A stretch of DNA of 64,000 bases from Camelus dromedarius (taxonomy: Eukaryota): the NCBI RefSeq assembly GCF_036321535.1, contig NC_087445.1, positions 77,996,001 through 78,060,000 of the forward strand, written 5' to 3'. The position numbers and the translations under genes were made by a program. The notes beneath the pieces are model-generated. The model worked only from the letters and a program-made list of their open reading frames with translations. It was not told the DNA's origin and made no database searches. How positions within the stretch are numbered: position 1 is the first letter of the stretch; each line of letters starts with the position of its first letter. Shown one piece after another: positions 1 through 12,900 of the stretch.

Positions 1-467
1 CTCTGAGGAGAGGACAGGGACAAATCTCCCCAAATTGCCTCATGAGAATAATTTATTTTCTGAAAGAATCTGAGAGACAAAATCACAGAAACATCCCGCT
101 CTTGTGTGAGTAAATGGGAGGTGACGTGCCTTCACTTCCGTTTATGACACACCGGGTCCCCCCGAACACGTTCGTCTCAAGGCGCCTATTTTCTGCCTCC
201 GTCTCGCTGCCTTATAAACAGACGCTCTTCCAGTCACGTTGTCCCCTGCAATGGTAAATAATAAACGGGGTGAAATCCCCTGGCAGCCGTCAGCTTGTCC
301 TCTGTGTCTGTGAGTCTGGTTTTGTTTCGTAAGTAAGTTCATTTGTGTCCTTTTCTAAGATTCTACGTGTAAGTGAAATTCATGCCAGGAAAATTCTGAG
401 AACCTGACACTCAAGAAATAAGCTGAATAAAAGTCGCTTCTGAGGCAAAAGATTTAAAAAGTGGTTT

Positions 468-1255
468 CACACAATAAACGCTGGAGAGGGTGTGGAGAAA
501 AGGGAGCCCTCGTACACCACCGGTGGGAACGCAGGTTGTGCAGCCACTGTGGGAAACAGTATGGGGGCTCCTTGCAAAACTCAAATACCACATGATCCAG
601 CAATCCCACTCCCCACTCCTGGGCACATGTCTGGAGGAAACTAATTTGAAAAGCCACCTGCACCCCAATGTTCACAGCAGCACTATTTATGATAACCAAG
701 ACACAGAGACAGCTGTGTCCATCGACAGATGACTGGGTAAAGAAGCTGTGGTGTATCTATACAACGGAATACTACTCAGCCATAAAAAAGGATAAGATAA
801 TGACATTGCAGCAACACAGATGGACCTGGAGATCGTCATACTAAGAGAAGTAATTCAGACAGAGAAAGAAGAATACCATATGGTATCACTTACATGTAGA
901 ATCTAAAATAAGGACACAGATGAACTTATTTACAAAACAGAAACAGACTCACAGACATAGAAAACAAACTTATGGTTACCAGGGGAGAAAAGGAGGGGTA
1001 GAGATAAATTGGAAATTCGGGATTTACAGATACACACTACTGTATATAAAACAGATGAACAACAAGGTCCTACTGTAGAGCACAGGGAACTATAGTCAAC
1101 ACCTTGTAATATCAATTAAAGAAAGAAAAAATGCCTTGTAATAGCCTATAATGGAAAAGAACACAGAAAGGAATATATACGTGTATAGCCAAAACACAAT
1201 GTTGTGCACCAGAAATTAACACAACATTGTAAGCCAACTATAATTCAATTTTTTT
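468..1255 (+). mobile_element. LINE-1 3' fragment (ORF2 C-terminus + 3' UTR)
   Basis: Typical L1 text: ctggagagggtgtggagaaaagggagccctc, atgatccagcaatcccactcctggg, gatggacctggagatcgtcatactaag, aaacagactcacagacatag. Stops and indels disrupt the frame. Confidence 0.9.
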
Positions 1256-3099
1256 AATGGTTTTGCAGAAATAGGATTTCCAAAGGCCGACTCGAGTGGG
1301 CAGAGGTCCTTGGACCGGGTCTGGGTGGAGGGTGTGTGCGGCCACACTCACACACGTGAATGTCCATGCATTCCATTCAGTACTTCGTACAGGTTAATTT
1401 TTGTGTCTATGAAAGCAATGCTCATGATGTTAAAAGCTGAAACAACATAAAGAAGTCAGCAGGAACAACACAGGTGCCATGGCCGGCCCCCCACCCTGCG
1501 CCACTCCGCCGAGGAAGGCACACTGCTGATGGTTGCTGGCAAGTTCGGGGGGGAAACAACACGCTCTGCATCCGCTCTGCTGGGTAGCAGGGCACCGGCC
1601 ACCCCCACGGCCGTCTCTGAGAGCAGCCCGGCCTGGGCTTTACGCGGCCCTGGGCTCCCCCGGCGTGTGGACCCGCCTCCTTCTCTCCGGGCAGGGCTCA
1701 GGGTGCAGGACGGCATCCTTGGCTCCACCGTCCCTACTAAGAGCTCTGTAGGGTTTCTGCTTTGTTAAATGAAGAAGCGTCTTTGTAGAGACCGGTGTGC
1801 AGGAACTGCGGGAGCAGAAGCTCAGGACAGGGCCTCCGAGCGGGCCGGCGGGCTGCGCGGCCTCCAGGTGCCACGGCGCCTGCCCGCGTTGCGGCAGCGC
1901 CGTGACTCGCGGAGGGAAGACGGGCACGAGCGAAGGGGCCTCTGGCTCCTCTCGCTCGCACTGGCTCCGGCTGTCGCCTGGAGGTCCCCCGCTCCCTGCG
2001 GAGACGAGCAGGGAGCAGGCCCCTCTGAGGGTCCTCTGCCCCTCGACAGGAGCGGTGATCACCCGGGGCCCCAGAGCGGCCTGGACGCCCAGCCGCCGCT
2101 CCTGTCCCTGCTCCCACCGCTCACCGCCGGGGGGACAGCCGAGCCACTGACTGTCCTAGAAGCGCCTGGCCTGGACCGAGCAGAGAAGCCAGGGGTCCCC
2201 CTGCCTTGGAGAAGGAGGCCCCCTACACGGGGGCCGACGGGCCCACCGCAGGAACGGTGGGAAGGCAGCCCGTGGGCGGATATGGGGGACCCCGAACCTG
2301 CACAGTTAGGGGCTTGATTACGAGGAAAACTGGAGTCCCTGACGCCGCCGCTCACAACAGGGACGTTTTGACTAAAAACAGATGCCGCCCCTTGCTCCTC
2401 CAGCGAAGACCTCACAGCGTGCGGGAGATAAGGCTTCCTAAAAGGCAGAACACAGCTACGTGTTCCTGTGCGCGCGCTCACACGCGCGAGCCTGCGTGTG
2501 CCTGCGTGTGTGTGCACGTGAGTAACTGGAGGCCAGCGGCTTCAAAAAGGAGGGCAGAAAGCCTCTCCCTTCCAGAACCTGTTTGTTACCCGTCACTCCC
2601 CTGGGCACCCGATTCCCACAGGGATCTGTAATTCCTGCCCCTCCGTGTCTTCAAGTGCTGTCTCATTCTGAAACTCAGCCATGAAATGGGGGCAGGCTCT
2701 CAGTGTGGTAGAAGCTGCCCCGGGCTTTGCCCAGAGCCGGAAGCCATAAAGGAAACTTGACAGATTTCGGCTGCATACTGATGTAAACCTTGTGCACTGC
2801 ACACAAAATCAACAAAACACTAAATCCAAAGGTAAAAGAAAAGTGGCACGCTGAAAAGTAAACGCAGTGCACAGGAGTGTACGGGGGGACGCGCCAGACC
2901 CTCAACGAGAGACGTCCTGGAATGAGAGGAAGGCCCGCCACCCAGCAGAAAAACTAAAGACGCACGGAGAGCGCGCACAGGCAATTCCCAAGCGGCTGAC
3001 AGCACGGTGAGACGCTGTCCTGCGTCGCCAGCAGTCACAGGAGTTAAAGTCAGAGCGGAAAAGGCACGTTCTACCTGTGAGATCGCCGGAGACAGAACG

Positions 3100-3576
3100 G
3101 AACAAAGAATAAAATCACGCCATTTGCAGTAACGTGGATGGACCTGGAGGTCGTCATTCTAAGTGAAGCAAGCCAGAGGAAGACAGACAAATACCATATG
3201 ATATCGCTCATATGTGGAATCCAAAAAGAAGCACAGAAAAAAGAGGACGCTAACGAACTCATCTACAAAACAGAAACAGACTCGCAGGCGTAGGAAACAA
3301 TCTTAAGGTTACAAGGGAAAGGGGGTGGGAAGGGACGCACTTGGGAGTTTTAGATTTGCAAATGTTAGTCACTCTGTATAAAAACAGACTGAAAAAACCC
3401 CAGGTTTCTTCTGTATAACACAGGGAACTGTGTTCAGTATCTTGTAATAACCTTTCATGAAAAGGACTATGAAGACAAATGCATGTACGCATATGCATGA
3501 CTGGGACATGCTGCTGGACACTGGAAACTCACACACTGTAACTGACTGTACTTCAATTAAAAAAAAAAAAAAAAGA
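3100..3576 (+). mobile_element. LINE-1 3' end with poly(A) tail
   Basis: gccatttgcagtaacgtggatggacctggagg ... gactgtacttcaatt followed by an A-tail at ~3556-3576. Confidence 0.9.
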
Positions 3577-4179
3577 AACGGAACGACACCACCCAGGCCC
3601 CTTACCCACCCGGTGGGCGGACCATCAGTCAGCCGGTCATTTCTGGAGGGCATTTTGGCCACAATGCACCATGGTCCTTGGCTAGCGGTGCCTCTTCCAG
3701 TAATCACCCCTAAGGAAAGGCTCAGCCCACTTCCAGCGACACATCACGGAAGCCGTTCATCACAGCCCCGTTCAGGCCCTGGCGTGGGGAGGACACAGCT
3801 CAGTGGTCCCCGGTGCAGGCCCAGGGCACCTCCTCTAAAAATAAATAAATAAACCCAATGCTCCCTCAAAATAAATACATTTTAAAAATAAAAGCAAAGT
3901 AAATAAAAAACAAAAACTGTGGAGAAACATGCCAAAATATTTGTCATCTGTGTTTCTGGGTCATTGGGTTATTAATTAGGTACATTTTCCCAAACTTCCG
4001 GTAATGAGAAAATCTTATTTATTAAAACCGTTTGCTGAAGCATTAATACAATGTTTTCATGGGTTTCTCGACACTTGGCCCCCAAATCCCCCAAGCTGAT
4101 TAGACTAGAAATAGCCCCCTTCTCGTTCCCACAGGAGAAAGTTTCTGATTTTTCATCCTGTCCAGCCCCCAGCACTTGT

Positions 4180-5030
4180 CTTTAAAGCACCTTTATTGCG
4201 GTATAAGTATTGTACACAACACTACACATAGTCCGATGTACAGTTTGAAGAATTCTGACAGATGTGCACACCCACGACACCACCGCCACAATCAAGACAG
4301 CTAGCACTTCCATCTCTCCCCAGGAGGTGACAATTTCTACTTCCCAATTAATCCCTCCCCACCCCCTTTCCCCCCTGGTAACCGTAAGTTTGTTCTCTAT
4401 GTCTGTGAGCATGTTTCTGTTCTGTACATGAGTTCNNNNNNNNNNNNNNNNNNNNNNNNNNNNNNNNNNNNNNNNNNNNNNNNNNNNNNNNNNNNNNNNN
4501 NNNNNNNNNNNNNNNNNNNNNNNNNNNNNNNNNNNNNNNNNNNNNNNNNNNNNNNNNNNNNNNNNNNNNNNNNNNNNNNNNNNNNNNNNNNNNNNNNGTA
4601 TAAATATACCACAGCTTCTTAGCCCAGCCATCTGTCAATGGACACTAAGGTTGCTTCCACGTCTTGGCTGCTGTAAATAGTGCTGCTGTGAACAATGGGG
4701 TGCGTGCGTCTTTTCGAATTATATTTTCCTCCAGATACATGCCCAGAAGTGGGATTCCTGGATCATAGTTCAACTCTATTTTTAATTTTTTAAAGGAATC
4801 TCCACACCGTTTTCCACAGTGGCTGCACCAAACAACATTCCAACCAGCAGTGCAGGAGGGTTCCCTTTTCGCCACAGCCTCTCCAGCATTTATTGTTTGT
4901 GGACTTTGTAATGATGGCCGTTCTGGCTGGCGTGAGGCGGTACCTCAGTGTGGTTTTGATTTGCATTTCTCTGACTAGTGATGTTGAGCATTTTTTCAAG
5001 TGCCTGTTTGCCATCTGAACCCTGGCACTT
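4180..5030 (-). mobile_element. LINE-1 fragments (older L1M piece plus younger L1 3' part spanning an N-gap)
   Basis: Reverse-strand ORF2 C-terminal peptide [38 protein letters not shown]. Gap at 4436-4597. Confidence 0.85.
4436..4597. other. Assembly gap (162 N)
   Basis: Run of N inside an L1. Confidence 1.
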
Positions 5031-5949
5031 TCTAGACAGGAAACGAAACCCCAGTTCACCCTCCTATATATCTGGGTCAAGGAGGCCAGTAGGGATGGAC
5101 AGACAGACTGTATTTGTGTCTTGCTTTCAGTCTGCCCACACACACACTGGTCTGGCTCAGTCCCCACCGGCCCTGGGCCCCTGAGCAGCACCGGGATACT
5201 ACAAGCCCTGGGCGAAGATTTCGGCACTGTTTGAAAAACAAAAAGAACTGGAAGGACCTTCAAGGCCACACAGTCGGTGAAGAGACCAGAAATAGAATGC
5301 GGCTAATAGTCCCTGGTGGGTTCCTGGAAGACAGCGCTCTCTCTCCCCTTCCCAAACTGGCCAGATGTCCAGCAGAGATGTGTCTTTAACATCTACTTCC
5401 TCCTGCGGGCACCAGGCTGCAGGTGCACATGGGGAGCTGGCCCCAGGTTGCCCCAGCCTCAGAGAGCCTGGAGGCCAGGCCTGGGGCCTGCACACACTCA
5501 GGGCCCCTGCTGCTCTGAAGTCCCCCAAGGCTTATATTTCACCCTACTTCCCGCTTCCCTGCCGCGGGCTCCTGCCCCCGGCTGTTCATCCCGTCTCAGC
5601 CTCGGGGTCCTTATCCCTAAGTCTAGGCTGAAGCAGGGGGCACAGACACATAGAAGCATCCGGCAAAGACAGCTGCAGGCCTGGGCAGCTTTCTTGGAGA
5701 GAAGGCTGGCCCTGCAGCCCGGAGCTCAGAGTACTTGAGGGCGGTGGGGGGGTGTCAGCAGGAAGAACTCCTGCTTCCAGGGAGCCTGGCTTAGCCTTGA
5801 GCTTCGCGCAGCCTTAAGGCAAGGAACCACTCCGCCAGCCGGGAGGGGGAGGAAGGGGGGGAGGGTACGGTGCCGGGCACACAGCGGACACTGGACAGGT
5901 GGGAGCTTCCAGTAACGGCGCAGCTGAAGATCAGAGTAGCAGGATCAAC

Positions 5950-7250
5950 GCTCCACTAGCCCACCAGCGGCTCCCCGGCCGCCCACACCTCCCAGCCTAA
6001 CCTTCCCACCGAGGGACCGCGGAGGCAGGGCGGTGTCTGCCGACGCGGCCACTCAGCGCGCGCCCCTGGCGCCGGGCAGCTGGGGCCCGCCGGGGACAGG
6101 GTGCTCGACAGCACCGGAGGGCCCCCGCCTCCGGCCGGGAGCGGGGTGGAGGTCAGACATCAGCCGACTACTCACTCCAACCGCACCAGGCGCGTTTCGG
6201 GGGCCTGTCCGAGTCCGGGGAGGGGTGGGGCGTCTCCGAAGGCTCGGGCCGCCTCCGGGCTGGGCGGGCGGGCGCGGGGCGCCGGCGCGGGCGCGGGGCG
6301 GGCGCGGGGGCGGTGCGCGGCGCCCGCGGCTCCTCCGCAGCGCGGCCGGCAGGTGGGCGCGCGCTCGCCGGGCGGGGGTCCGGCCGGGCCGCGCGCCTCC
6401 CCCGGAACTCGGCCGTGCCATTCCCATGATGCCCAGCCACCGGGCACGGCTTCCGGAGCGCGGCCGCCGCCGCCCCGCCGCCGCCGGTAGGTCCGGGGTG
6501 GGGGCTCCACGGGCCGCCCCGCCCCGCGCCGCGCGCCCCGCCCCCCCCGCGCACCACCCCCACCCGGCGCCGGCGGCCCGGCCCCCTTCGCGCGGGGACC
6601 CGCCGCCTCTCCGGGACTCGGCGCGCGGGGCGGGGGCCGGAGGGCCGGCGCCCGGCCGGGCGGGGCGGCGGGGGCCGGGTCGGAGGGCGGGCGTGCAGGC
6701 CGCAGCGCGGCGCCGGCCGCCGGGGAAGGGATCGCGGCGGGCGGGGCGGGCTCGGCTGGGCGCCGGCGTCGTTACCTGGCCGGGCGGGGATCGCGGCCCC
6801 GGAGACGGCTCTCGGTCCTCCCCCACCCACCCCGCCCCGCGCTCTCCGCGCCCGCGTTCCTCGAAGCCGGCCGGGCGCGCTGCCCAGGTGAGGCGCAGGT
6901 GAGGGCCCGCGGCGGGACGGCTTCCGGCCTGGCCCCGGCGCTCGCGGCTCACCGCCCCGAGCGCGGCGGAGGGCCGAGGGCCCGGCGCTCCCGAGAGGGG
7001 CGGTTCGCGCCCTGCGCCCCGCGCAGCTTCCGGGAGGGTCACCGGGCTCCCCGGCCGGCCCCTCGCCCCCAAGCCCACGAAGCCCAACATACACCCCGGG
7101 GGCGCAGCCCTGCGTGGAGGCCTGACCCCTTCCCTGCCGGAGGGCCCGGTCGCTGCTCCAGGCGCCAGGATCCCTCCCCGCTGAGGCCGCGCTGGGGGTT
7201 AGCACCCCCAGGCCGGGGGCAGGGGAGCAGCCCGTGCTCCGGGTGAAAGA
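5950..7250 (+). promoter_or_regulatory. CpG island / PPP1R26 promoter and first non-coding exon(s)
   Basis: Extremely dense CG and GGGCGG boxes. Candidate donors at 6487 (gtaggt) and 6888 (gtgagg). ZNF143/Staf-like TTCCCATGATGCCCAGCC at 6421-6438 and ETS-like CTTCCGG at 6450-6456. Confidence 0.8.
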
Positions 7251-9980
7251 TCAGGGCGGGGGCAGCCGGGAGGGTCTCGCCTTGCCTCGGGGCCCCCAGG
7301 CACAGGCAGTGAACCTGCAGCTTTGCTAGGGAGACGTCCTCGCCCTGTTGTAAAGTCTCACCTTCCCGCAGGCCAGGGTCGAATTCTAGCCAACGCCCAC
7401 TCCGGGCTGGCCCTGCTGAGAGGGCCCTCTTTCTGGGCCTGGTGCCCTCACTCGACCCTCCCCTCCCTAACCCTGGGGGAAAACTGGGACTGGGAGGTAA
7501 GAAACAGGAGCTGTGCAGCTTTCGGGTGCACCCAGGAGATGTATGGGGGGCATCTCGTGCAGGGAGCCAGTCTATCAGGTTGATAAGCATTAGCAGGGAT
7601 CTGCCCTCCTGGAGGTTAGTGTCTAGACTGAGAAAAGGTCCAGGCACCCTCCTCCACTTTTCAAATTCTGGCACCACGGGGCTTTGGTGTGCAGACCTGG
7701 ATGTCCCCACAGCCTCCTTCCAGACCCAGCTCTGGGGCCCTTGGGCTGCAGGGTGGCAATTTGGCAAAGTGGAAGCCCCTGCCTTCAGCTCACAGCCTCT
7801 CCAAGCACAGCTCAGGGGAGTTTTCCAGAACGATTCATCTCACAGAGCTGATTGTTTCAAAGCCACAAGCTGTCGCCGGAGACGCCCTCTGAATTTTTAA
7901 CCTCATTCTGGCACTAGGTAGTTTGACACTTCAGAAAACCATTCACTGAGAGTCCGAGCTCTCTACGCACGTTTAAGAGCGGTGACCATGGTCAGCTTGG
8001 TTAGAGGGGATGAGCGGTTCCCCTTTGGCCCACGCTGCTTCCTGAGTAGTAATCCTGCAGCCCCGTGCACTTGAGCTCGCCCCTGGGCCCGTCTTTTAAG
8101 ATGGCATTGATGTTTAAGGAGTTCATATTTTCGATTCAGACTCTTCACAGCCCAAGGGCTACGCGAATGTCTCGTGGTCTCTCACTTTGCTGAGGCAGCT
8201 TGAATTATTACCGCAGTGTGCAGGGTGGGCACAGGCCAGTGACAGAGCCCTCCCCCCTGCACTGCTGGTCCCCAGGGGTCTTCGGCCATGGCGGGGGGTT
8301 CTCCCGGGAGGGGGCTGTCGTGGGGTGCTAGAACCTGAGGACTGGTAGACGGCTGCACGCGCTCCCCCAGCCGCGTCACCACCTGACGGTGGCAGACCTA
8401 TGGCCCAGAAGAGCTGCACTTCAGTTGTGATTAACTGTATTAGCCTCAAGGTAGGTCCTTCCAGAATTTAACTCTGAGCCCCTGAATTACTGCAGTTTCT
8501 TTCCACCCGAAATATCTCCCAGCCGTGGCTTCAGCCCCTGAGTTAGGACTCTGAGCCTTCAGTGCTGCCAGCAAACGTCCACTTAGTAAGCGGGCGTGGG
8601 ACGCCACAGCATGTCCATGGAGGGACAGAGACCCGGCCCCCCGCGCTGTTCTGCAGACGTCCCATGGAGCCTTGTCTTGAAGAGCGTTCCAGGTGACTGC
8701 TGCCTATTCTTTTACGTGGCAGTTTAGCGAAACTAAACTTTTTTTTGAGTGCAAATCAGCAATAACAAAGGGACTTCCTTCTGAATCGGTGGCGCCCTCT
8801 GGTTAATTGCTGGTCGCAACTGTTTGGGCACATCTGTGCCTAGGTGGCCGGGCCAGGCTTTCTTGGAAAGGACTGGGGTGTGTAAACACAGGATTCTGTG
8901 TCTGTCGGAAGGAAGCTTCTAGCGGAGAAAGATCTGCATTGGAAGCAAAGCAAACACACAGACCACTTCCAGCCACCCACCGAGGTCCGGGGTGGTGACA
9001 GCCTTGCCCAGCTCTGTTTGGGGTGGGAATTCACCTTCCTGTTTCCATAGGTGCTCCCGAGCGCCCCTCTTGCATCTCAGCTGCTCTGCATTCCAGTTTG
9101 GGACCCGGAAAAGTCAGAGAAACGTTCAGAATTAACCGTTACATGACATGTCTCGCGGCTTTCTAACCTCCTGCGCAGGGCCTGCGCCCCGCTCCTCTCC
9201 GCGGCAGTGGTCCCAGACCTTTAGCGTAAAGGCTGCTGGGAGCAGATCTTCAGAGTGTTCCTGAGACCGGCCCAGCGGCTCTGCTGACCCGGCCACATTT
9301 GGTCCGAGACGTGGAAACTGGGAAAGCCACACTGGATGAGAAGGGGCCCATGACTGCGTTCAGGGGAACTTTTGTGCTAATTAGTGAAAAATAACGATGT
9401 GGTCCCATGAGACCACCTGGGAAATACACAGTTGACATTTTCAAACAAAAGGGCTTTGGTGTAGATGGTTCTGTAAAGGTGTTTGGAGGAAGCACATCAA
9501 CTCGCTCACGTCACGTAACTTCTCATTTCAGGAGCTGCGGTTCCCAACAAGGCGGGCCGACCCAGGACGTCTTGCTGAGCCTGGATTCACACCAGGCATT
9601 CTTTTCTGCCTGCAGAGAAGCACTTGAGGCTTTATCTCAGTGGCACCTCCTGACCACTTCTGGAGGGAAACAAGCCCTCTGTTTCTTTACAGAGAAGATG
9701 GACAGACGGACAGAGAAACAAGGTTCATGTGGGCATCCGCCGGCTCCATGCAGGCTGCTCAGATGCGTCTTCTCATGAACCTTCTCAGCCATTCTCCCTT
9801 TACAGCTGAGGACGCCGAGGCCCAGGAGGCGTGAGTGGCTTGCCCGGCGGACCCTCGCCAAGCCTGCCCGGGCGCCGTGACCGGACCTCGGGCCCCATCC
9901 CTTCGTGCCATCTCCTCCAGGATGTGAAGCCGGCAGAGAAGCCAAGCGCCGCCTCTCTGCCTGCCCTCTCGTCTGCTAGG

Positions 9981-12900
9981 ATGTTTCTCATGAACGCCCC
10001 TCCTGTGCTCGCTCTCCAGTCCAAATGGGAGGCCTTTGGGCCACCCGGGATCTGTAGGTTTCCCGGATGCTTCTCAGAGCCCAAAGAGGGCGTCTCGAGA
10101 GCAGCGGTGAGCGCCAAGGTGCAGATGGTCATCAGCACACTTCAGGGCGACGGGGCCGCTCTGGGCATGAGCGGCGAGCATGCCCGGCCGAGAAGCCAGA
10201 GGGCAGAGAGAGGCTGCGGCGCCCGGCTGGCCGCCAGCCCTGCCTTTGCTGCCTGTGGTCTTGCTGCTGGTTTTGACCCCAAGGGTGAGGAGGAGGCCGC
10301 AGACCTCGGCCCCCTGGTGCTGGATTCGGACAGTGACGACTCCGTGGACCGGGACATCGAGGAAGCCATCCAGGAATACCTGAAGGCCAAAAGTGGCGCC
10401 GCCCCGCCGCCCAGGGCTGCAGACTCGGCTAGTCGATGCAAACCAGAGCCACCTCCGAGCAGCGCCCCAACCGCCCTGGGTCCCCCAAACCTGGCAGCTG
10501 GCTCCAGCCAGGGAGCGGGCAAGGACCAGGGCTCTGCCTCCCCAGCCAGTGTGAGCAGCGATGACTCCTTCGAACAGAGCATCCGGGCGGAGATCGAACA
10601 GTTCCTGAGCCAGAAGAGGCAGCGCGACACCCCGAAAGGCGGCACCCCTGCCGACAGAACAGCAGAGCCCAGTGACGGCCCTGCCCCATCAGCGCGCAGA
10701 CCCAGCAGCACCCCTGCTGACAGAACACCAGACCCCAGCGACGGCCCGGCCACGTCGGTGCGCAGACCCAGCAGAGAGCCGGTGGTCAAGGCACACCAGC
10801 AGGACCTGGCCGGCACCTGTAAGGAGTTTGTCTTCCGGAAACCTCCCCGGGCCGCAAAGTCCGGTGCGCTGCCCAGAGGCCCCAGGTCCAAGGTCACCAC
10901 CGAGCCTGCATCCACCGCGGGCCGCCCTGCAGAGGCAGCCCCGAGCAAAGGTGGGGTCCGGAGGGGTGCTGGCTCAGGGAGGAGGAGGAGGAGAGCCAGG
11001 GGCACGGCCCCAGTGTGCGAGACGACTGACTCCAGCAGCGATGATGGCATCGAGGAGGCCATCCGGCTGTACCAGCGGGAGAAGAGGAAGGAGGCCAGCG
11101 CCGACCCGCCGCAGAGGGCACCACGTGCAGAGGAGAAGGGGCCCGGGCCCCCCGCACACGGTGCCTGGCCGGAAGCCCTCAGGAAAGCCCTGGGCAAGAA
11201 GAAGCCGGTGGCCGCCAAGCCCTCGGACCTCACCCCTGGTGGTCTGGACCCCGACCATCCCTCCAAGCCCCCCAGGGAAGTCACAGCTCCTGCACCTCCA
11301 GTACCCACAGCCGCCAAAGGCGACCTTGTGGACCGGGCCCCATGCCGGGCAGACACATCCACCGAGCTGATGTGCGCTGAAGCCATCCTGGACATTTCCA
11401 AAACGATCCTGCCAGCCCCCCCAGAGGGCAGTGACAGACCCCTGCCCGCCAGCCCACTCCCTTATCCCCCAAACGTGCCTTCCCGCTCTGACGGCGACAG
11501 CAGCTCCGTGGACAGTGACGACAGCATCGAGCAGGAAATCCGGACATTCCTGGCCCTGAAGGCACAGTCAGGAAGTTTGCTGGCCGGAACGGAGACCTGC
11601 CCGCCGCCACCAGCACAGAGCCCACTGCCATCGCCCGGCCTCAGGGCCCCAGCCTTTAAAACTCCAGACCTGTCGCTGAGCTGCAAGAGGAAGCGTGGAG
11701 GTGGAGGCGTCGGCAGTGCGGCACGGCCGTGCCCGCCCAAGAGGACCCGAGAGACGGCCATGGCGCAGGAAGGGGCCCAGGACACGGACCGCGGCCAGGG
11801 GAGAGCGCAGTCCGGCCAGGGCAAAGCCAGCGAGGCTCTCGGAAGGGAAGGCGAGACCAAGGGCCAGCCTCTCCCCTGCAGGACGGTTGGGCTCGGTGAC
11901 GAGCACGCAGCCCAGGACATAAGGGGGACCTCGTCACCCGGCCCTGGGAAGGCGGCCGAGGTGAGGCAGGTGGACGGGAAGGGGAGCTCCGAGGACAAGA
12001 GCAGCTCGCTGGACAGCGATGAGGACCTGGACACGGCCATCAAGGACCTGCTGAGGTCCAAGCGGAGGCTCAGGAAGAGGTGTAAGGACCCCCGAGTTGG
12101 GTGCAAGAAAAAGGTCAGATTCAGCACCACAGAGACGCAGTTCTTGGATAAACTAGGCGGCTTCCAGAGAGACTGGAAAGACAGAAGCCCACACTTGCTG
12201 AAAAGTTGCCTCTCCAAGTCCAAAAAAGACGACAGGGATTCCCCAGGGAGACCTCCACGTGTCCTCTGCAGGGAAACGGAGAGAGCAAAGTCAGACTGCA
12301 CTGCCACCGAGGACGCACCCCCGGCTCTCCGGTCCAGGGTCAGAGCTACGGGAGGGAACCTGTTCTCCAGTGAAACGGAGGCCCATGAACTTGCAGGTCC
12401 AGCCCCAAGCCCCAGTTCCCTCTCCGATGACAGCAGTTCTGTGGACAGTGATGACAGCATCGAACTGGAGATTAGGAAGTTTTTGGCAGAAAAGGCCAAG
12501 GAGTCCGTGAGCGGATCAGAAATTCAAGGAGGGGGCCCCACAGCTCTTGGGACAGGGAGCATGGCCAGGCCAGAACCGCCATGCCGGAAGGTGCCACCTC
12601 CCGGCCCAGCCCTTCATCCCGGCGTGTGCACGCGGAGTCAGAGAGCCAGGGCGTCCTCACAGCAGGCCGAGGGCCCAAGGGGCCTGGGGAGAGCCTTCAC
12701 TCCGGCCGGCAGGAGCAGCCCCCGCGCCGAGCAGGCCTGCCTCCCTGCAGCCCTGGCCAGATGTGTGACTGTGTCTGCCAAAGGCTCACCAGCCGGTAGG
12801 AGAAATGTTTATGCTCACAAAGACCAGAGCACGAGAGGGGCCGAGCCTGTCGTGGGGGAGAGCGCTTTCGGTCAGCTGCCGGGCTGTGTGGACCCCGGTG

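Noticed and set aside
1769-2317. 182-aa ATG-initiated ORF upstream of PPP1R26
   Set aside because: Low-complexity GC-rich composition, no recognisable family, no supporting splice or poly(A) structure.
6033-7246. Several 290-345 aa ORFs on both strands
   Set aside because: Ala/Arg/Gly/Pro-rich, stop-poor frames in an extreme CpG island, overlapping in many frames, with no recognisable domain.
9831-9980. 50-aa N-terminal extension of PPP1R26 from the GTG start in the ORF track
   Set aside because: The GTG at 9831 is a splice donor (GC|GTGAGT), and 9831-9920 ends in a clean acceptor. The recognisable protein begins at ATG 9981.
10142-12499. 419-aa and 345-aa minus-strand ORFs
   Set aside because: Antisense shadows of the GC-rich PPP1R26 coding exon.
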